This document shows positions 59,615-64,000 of a DNA stretch of 64,000 nt, one piece after another; positions within the stretch are counted from its first letter, which is position 1, and every line of letters starts with the position of its first letter. The notes below the pieces were generated by a model. It searched no databases. It had not been told where the DNA came from and saw nothing but the letters and a program-made list of their open reading frames with translations. The translations under genes and the position numbers were made by a program. The stretch is taken from the NCBI GenBank assembly GCA_013334865.1, contig JAAXWS010000001.1, positions 31,067-95,066 on the forward strand. The letters are read 5' to 3'. Origin of the DNA: Chlorobiaceae bacterium (lineage in GTDB: Bacteria > Bacteroidota > Chlorobiia > Chlorobiales > Chlorobiaceae).

Positions 59615-59686
59615 CCTGATAATCAATTACGTCTTATCAGACATCATGGCACGCTTGTTGCGAAAACAAATTTATCCATTATCAGG
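59615..59686. promoter_or_regulatory. Exact inverted 9-mer pair CCTGATAAT ... ATTATCAGG plus an inner half-site CTTATCAG
   Basis: cctgataat at 59615-59623, cttatcag at 59633-59640 and attatcagg at 59678-59686. The pair brackets the sigma-54 promoter candidate. Confidence 0.5.
59647..59661 (+). promoter_or_regulatory. Sigma-54 (-24/-12) promoter candidate
   Basis: tggcac-gcttg-ttgc exactly matches the TGGCAC-N5-TTGC core. It lies about 50 nt upstream of the ATG at 59712, and rpoN is encoded in this window. Confidence 0.55.
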
Positions 59687-59711
59687 AGCCAAACATAAAA
59701 AATGACAGGAC

Positions 59712-60644
59712 ATGGCCAGCTTTACCACACTCTACGGCATGCTCGACGGAGTCGAGTTCAGGACCCTTTTCTCGAACGGAAAGACCGATGGCTGCCTCGT
59801 CAGCAAGGAAAACCTGCTTGAAACCCCTTACGGGAACCTGGTCCCCCTGTACGTCGCGGAAGACATGGGGCGCAGGACGGTCAAACCGGTCTACTTCTAC
59901 AAGAGCGGCGCGCTCAAGTCGATCGCCCTGCAGGAGCGGACCCTGCTGACGACTCCGGTCGGCTCCGTGCCCGCCGAACTGGTCACGTTCCATGAATCCG
60001 GCAGCCTCAAGCGTATTTTCCCGCTCGACGGCAAGCTCTCCGGGTTCTGGACTGCGAAGAACGAATACGAACTTGCCGAAGCGATCACGATCACCTCCCC
60101 GGTCGGCGAGCTGACCGCGAGGTTCATCGGCTTGCAGTTTTTCGAAAGCGGTGCGCTGAAAAGCGTTACCCTTTGGCCAGGGGAGTTTCTGGACGTCCGG
60201 ACGCCGTCAGGCGAGTTCAGGGCCCGGACTGGCATCGCATTCCATGAGGATGGCGCAATCCGTTCGATCGAACCTGCCGGCATCGTGCGGGTCGACACCC
60301 CCATAGGCATCATGACCGCCTATGACAACGAACCCCAGGGGATCCATGGCGACCTGAACTCGCTGCAGTTCGGCCCTGACGGCTCGATCCAGGCGCTGAA
60401 GACCACAGCGGACGAGATCCTGGTCATCGACCTGTCCGGTGCGGGGCACCGTTTTTCCCCGGGCCTGAAGGACAACCCCTGCGGAGCGGAGCGCAAGGTC
60501 GTGGTGCCGCTGAAGGTGCGGTTCAGCGCCGGAAGGATCCTGTTCGACGACCACCAGCAGTCGTTCGACCTCCGGCAATGCCGGGTGAAGGTGATGCCGT
60601 TCGACCGCAAGGCGGCCGACCCGACCTACTCATGCGCCAGCTGA
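59712..60644 (+). CDS. Uncharacterised protein built from about 6 internal repeats (F-x-E/K-S/D-G-x-L/I-K/R-S-I ... TP-x-G)
   Basis: 310 aa from the ATG at 59712. The repeats are VYFYKSGALKSIAL, VTFHESGSLKRIFP, LQFFESGALKSVTL, IAFHEDGAIRSIEP and LQFGPDGSIQALKT, each followed by a (T)P-x-G strand. There is no signal peptide. Confidence 0.75.
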   Translation: MASFTTLYGMLDGVEFRTLFSNGKTDGCLVSKENLLETPYGNLVPLYVAEDMGRRTVKPVYFYKSGALKSIALQERTLLTTPVGSVPAELVTFHESGSLKRIFPLDGKLSGFWTAKNEYELAEAITITSPVGELTARFIGLQFFESGALKSVTLWPGEFLDVRTPSGEFRARTGIAFHEDGAIRSIEPAGIVRVDTPIGIMTAYDNEPQGIHGDLNSLQFGPDGSIQALKTTADEILVIDLSGAGHRFSPGLKDNPCGAERKVVVPLKVRFSAGRILFDDHQQSFDLRQCRVKVMPFDRKAADPTYSCAS

Positions 60645-62003
60645 ACGGCTCCCGCAGAGCGAGAGGGCCGCGTTGCTTCCGGCAGCCCAGCCGGTCGAAA
60701 AGGCAGCCTGGAGGTTGAATCCTCCGACCTCTCCGGCGTAATCGAGCAGCTCGCCGCAGCAGAACAGTCGGCGGTGCAGCCGCGAGGCCATGGTTCTGGG
60801 GTCGATTTCGGAGAGGGAGACCCCGCCGGCTGAGACCTCCGCACGGTCGAGAGGGACCTTGCGGGCGCGGCCGAGCTCGAATCGTTTCAGCACGGACACG
60901 AGCCCCGTGCGCTGCTGCCTGGTCAGCATGCTGAGCATCTGCCCCTCTCCGATGCCGGCCCGTCGCAAGATCCATGGGACGAAGGCGTTCGGTATGGTGG
61001 CGCCTACCGCATCCTCCTTCCGGGTTGCCGGGAAGAGCCGCTCCGGGGCGATCGGGCAGCGCTGCAGGAAGGTCCGAACGAGTTGGGCACCGTTTCGGGA
61101 TGAGTGGTCGAGCACGAAAGCGGAGACGGCAGGTTCGTCATGGCCGGGAAAAAAATCGGCGAAAAGCGCCGGGGCTTCGCCCCCGCCGGCCATCATCGCG
61201 GCAACCGGGCGTGACAGGGAGAGACATGCGGGACCCGATATGCCCCGGTGGCTGATCAAGAGGTCGCCCCTGCGCATGTCTGACTGCTTGCCGGACCCGG
61301 CCACAAGCCCCACCCCGCGAAGGGTCACCCCGACAAGGCCGGGATCGGGAGGCTCCTTGAAGAAGACCGGTGCCAGCGCCGGCAGGACCGTAACAACCGA
61401 GTGGCCGACCGATGCGGCGAGCCTGACGCCGTCGCCCGTCGTGCCCGAAGAGCCCCAGGCACTGCCGCCGGCCGCAAGGATCACCGCATCGGCCTCGATG
61501 CGCTCCGCCCCCGCCCGCAGCACGAATCCGTCACCAGATGCCTCGAGCGCGTCGACCCTGCACCCCGTGGCCACTTCGGCCGAAGCGTCCCGAAGCATCC
61601 GCCGGATCGCATCGAGCACGTCGCGGGCGGCCCCCGAAACCGGGAACACCCGGCCATCCTCACGGGCTTCGGTCGGCACGCCGTAGCGCGCGAGCAACGC
61701 CAGGAGGTCGGAGTTCGTGAATGCATAGACCGACGGCCTGACGAAACGCAGTTCGTTTTTCCTGAGGAAGCCCTTTTCGAGCAGACGGTCCACCGGGCCG
61801 TCGTGCGTGACGTTGCAGTGCCCGCCGCCCGAGATGGCGATCTTGGCGCCCGGCCTCGTGTTCCGCTCGAGCAGCACGATGCGGAGTCCCGCATCGGCGA
61901 TGCCGAGGCCGCGCGCGGCCTGGCGGGCCGAAACGGCGGCGAGCATGCCCGAAGCTCCGGCCCCCACGATCACCAGCAGCTTCGTCTCCGGCGACGATCC
62001 CAT
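60630..62003 (-). CDS. NAD(P)/FAD-dependent oxidoreductase, HI0933/BaiN-like flavoprotein
   Basis: ATG at 62001-62003 (MGSSPETKLLVIVGAGASGMLAA dinucleotide fold). It has the C-terminal FCCGELLDYAGEVGGFNLQAAFSTG pattern. The track ORF starts at GTG 62030. Confidence 0.8.
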   Translation of the reverse strand: MGSSPETKLLVIVGAGASGMLAAVSARQAARGLGIADAGLRIVLLERNTRPGAKIAISGGGHCNVTHDGPVDRLLEKGFLRKNELRFVRPSVYAFTNSDLLALLARYGVPTEAREDGRVFPVSGAARDVLDAIRRMLRDASAEVATGCRVDALEASGDGFVLRAGAERIEADAVILAAGGSAWGSSGTTGDGVRLAASVGHSVVTVLPALAPVFFKEPPDPGLVGVTLRGVGLVAGSGKQSDMRRGDLLISHRGISGPACLSLSRPVAAMMAGGGEAPALFADFFPGHDEPAVSAFVLDHSSRNGAQLVRTFLQRCPIAPERLFPATRKEDAVGATIPNAFVPWILRRAGIGEGQMLSMLTRQQRTGLVSVLKRFELGRARKVPLDRAEVSAGGVSLSEIDPRTMASRLHRRLFCCGELLDYAGEVGGFNLQAAFSTGWAAGSNAALSLCGSRSAGA

Positions 62004-62038
62004 TTCCTGTAACACGTTACGTCCTTGCACTCCCTGGT

Positions 62039-63208
62039 TTACTTTTTTCGCTCCGCCACCCTCATCCCGGAGCTGAGCTCGCTTGCCGGATGGAGCACGA
62101 CCCGCTCTCCATCCTTCAGGCCTCCGAGAACCTCGGCTTCGTAAGAGCCGCGAATGCCGATAGCGACCTTGCGTTCAACAGCGCGCCCACCTTCGATCAC
62201 GAACAGCCGCCACCCGTCGCCGGTGCGGAAAAGGCTGCTTACCGGAACCCGCAGCACCCGAGGGGCATCCTGGAGCACGATGGTCGCCAGCACGCGGAAA
62301 TTATCCCCGAGACGGAGCTCCTGCCTGTCGAGCTGCGCGATAATATTCACCCGTTTTTCCTCGATTCCAAGCGCCGAGATCTTCGTGAAGGCCGCAGGTT
62401 CGATGCGACCGACCCTCGCGCGCAGGGAACCTGGCCCGCCCCACCCCTCGATCGTGACCGTCTGGCCCGGTCTGACCCTGACGGCATCGGACGACAGGAG
62501 ATCGATGACGATCTCGAGGCGGCCCGGATCGCCGATATCGAACAGTGGCGTGCCGGCCATGACGGTCTTTTCGCTTTTCTCGTAGACCCGGAGCACCGTG
62601 CCCTCTGCAGGAGCGGTCACGGGGACAGGCTCCGAAGCCAGGCGCGGGTCTACTCTCGCGAGGGCAGCCTCGTAGCGGTGAGCGGCAGAAGCGACCGCCG
62701 AAGATGCCGCCTGCCGCTCCTTTTCGAGGATCGCCGCTTCGTTGCGGGCCAGCTCCCAATTCTCTCTCGAAACGGCACCTTCACGGTAGAGGTTGTCATA
62801 CCGGGCGGCGCGGAGCCGTGCCTGCGCAAGGTGGATCGAGACCAGCCGTCGTCGCGCCCCGGCCTCGCCGAGGGACGCGCCGGCCGAAGCCGCAAGGGCG
62901 GAGGCTTCCCCGGACTCCCTCGTGTTCAGGTCGGGGGGCACGATCGAGGCAAGCCTCATGCCTGCGCCAACCCGGACCCCCTCCTCGAGGGAGCTTCGCA
63001 GAAGCCGTCCCGAAACCGGGGCTGCGACCGTAAAGCGGTCCACCACCCGGGTGACCCCTTCGGCATCGAGCGTCACCTGCAGTGGCCCGAAGCTCGCCCG
63101 ACCGACATCGACAGGCAATGGTGCAGGGCGCAGCAGCAGAAGCAGGAGCAGGGCGGCGAGGATGACGCCGGATCCGGCGAAGAGCTTCGGTTTCGACAAT
63201 GGCTTCAT
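62039..63208 (-). CDS. Efflux periplasmic adaptor (HlyD/MacA-type membrane fusion protein)
   Basis: 389 aa with an N-terminal anchor, a coiled-coil hairpin (ARLRAARYDNLYREGAVSRENWELARNEAAILEKE) and beta-barrel segments. It lies immediately downstream of an FtsX-type permease gene. Confidence 0.85.
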   Translation of the reverse strand: MKPLSKPKLFAGSGVILAALLLLLLLRPAPLPVDVGRASFGPLQVTLDAEGVTRVVDRFTVAAPVSGRLLRSSLEEGVRVGAGMRLASIVPPDLNTRESGEASALAASAGASLGEAGARRRLVSIHLAQARLRAARYDNLYREGAVSRENWELARNEAAILEKERQAASSAVASAAHRYEAALARVDPRLASEPVPVTAPAEGTVLRVYEKSEKTVMAGTPLFDIGDPGRLEIVIDLLSSDAVRVRPGQTVTIEGWGGPGSLRARVGRIEPAAFTKISALGIEEKRVNIIAQLDRQELRLGDNFRVLATIVLQDAPRVLRVPVSSLFRTGDGWRLFVIEGGRAVERKVAIGIRGSYEAEVLGGLKDGERVVLHPASELSSGMRVAERKK

Positions 63209-63210
63209 AC

Positions 63211-64000
63211 CTATTCCCTTGTTTTCAGGACAGCGATCAGGTCGAGCTTCGCGAGGCGCCGCCTCACCGCGAGGCCCGAGGCGGCAGCGACACTGACCAG
63301 AACAGCGAATGCGAACAGAAAGTTGGCCGGAGTGAACGCCAGCGGAAGGCGGTACAGCTCAGAACTCAACGCAACGGAAAGCAGCGCCGAGAGGCCTATG
63401 CCGAGCAGGAAGCCCAAAGGTATGGCCGCCAGGCAGAAGATGGCCTGCTCGCCCAGCAGGATGAAGGCGATCTCTCCCCTGCTCAGGCCGAGCACCCTGA
63501 GGCTGGAAAGTTCCCTTGCCCGCTCGGAAAGCGAGATGCGCGCACCGTTGTAGACGACGGCGAAAGCCAGGATGCAGGCGAACGTGGTAAGGATCAGCGT
63601 CGAGGTGGTCATGCTTTCGGCGATCAGCTCGTCGAAACTGCGGCGAAGCGCCTTGAGCATCATGATGCCGGAAACCCCGGGCATGCGCTTGAACTGACGG
63701 TACAGGGCGTGCTCCCGAACGGGGTCGATGCGCAGGGCGGCGGCGTTCAGCGCTCCGCCGTCGCCGGCCATCCGGTCGAGTTCTTCGAGGCGCATATAGG
63801 CCGACATCCCGAGGATCTCGTCGATGGTGCCGGCAACGGGTACCTCAGCCGAGCGGCGCGATCCCTGCAGGAGCTGCACCTCCAGCCGGTCGCCCGGTTT
63901 CACGCCGAGAATCTCCGCCAGCTTCGTGGTCAGCAGCACTCCGCCTGCGGGCAGCGCGACATGCTGCAGGCCGGTATCGACGAGCCGCTGGAGGCCGTCG
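63211..64000 (-). CDS. ABC transporter permease, FtsX/MacB-type, C-terminal part (5' end beyond the window)
   Basis: The frame is open to the window edge (...GGVLLTTKLAEILGVKPGDRLEV...). It has the C-terminal FtsX 4-helix bundle with the SLSERARELSSLRVLGLSRGEI motif. The M at 63939 in the track is an internal GTG. Confidence 0.85.
   Translation of the reverse strand, partial: DGLQRLVDTGLQHVALPAGGVLLTTKLAEILGVKPGDRLEVQLLQGSRRSAEVPVAGTIDEILGMSAYMRLEELDRMAGDGGALNAAALRIDPVREHALYRQFKRMPGVSGIMMLKALRRSFDELIAESMTTSTLILTTFACILAFAVVYNGARISLSERARELSSLRVLGLSRGEIAFILLGEQAIFCLAAIPLGFLLGIGLSALLSVALSSELYRLPLAFTPANFLFAFAVLVSVAAASGLAVRRRLAKLDLIAVLKTRE

Overview
High-GC bacterial chromosomal segment with very GC-rich third codon positions. 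It carries about 60 protein genes on both strands, mostly housekeeping. Recognisable blocks are ffh-rpsP-rimM-trmD-rplS, thiE-thiE-thiD, ugd, pepA, rlmN, adk, priA, aroQ, hslVU, rpoN, folD, radA, tatC, coaE, sodB, rlmI and corA. There is also an ABC importer fragment, and a MacAB-like efflux pair runs off the right edge. The protein set (sigma-54, DUF3109, a PASTA-only protein, Fe-SOD, several START/SRPBCC paralogues, a CheB/CheR-PAS fusion) reminds me of Chlorobiota/Bacteroidota-type genomes. I cannot verify that without a database search. I found no rRNA, tRNA, CRISPR array, transposase, integrase or prophage block. Many long ORFs in the track are antisense or out-of-frame shadows of real genes, as expected at this GC content. 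The track also translates GTG/TTG starts as M, so I trimmed several N-termini to internal ATGs that I checked in the nucleotide sequence. Six candidates deserve a second look. (1) A CheB-CheR-PAS fusion, a soluble hybrid histidine kinase and a 63-aa helical protein form a module with no other chemotaxis genes nearby; the fusion protein contains an 8 x 21-nt heptad array encoding NEELQS-type repeats that resemble methyl-accepting sites. (2) A roughly 650-nt ORF-free, AT-rich, almost G-free island lies upstream of a ctpA-START-START gene string. (3) A 42-nt intergenic element is present in two near-identical copies 21 kb apart, with possible degenerate copies elsewhere. (4) A textbook TGGCAC-N5-TTGC sigma-54 promoter, bracketed by an exact inverted 9-mer, precedes an uncharacterised internal-repeat protein. 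(5) Short periodic repeats (GTGGAC every 9 bp, CGATNN hexamers) sit in convergent intergenic gaps. (6) A 55-aa membrane mini-ORF falls below the track cutoff. All functional readings are motif-level recognition by eye; nothing was searched or computed beyond hand counts.
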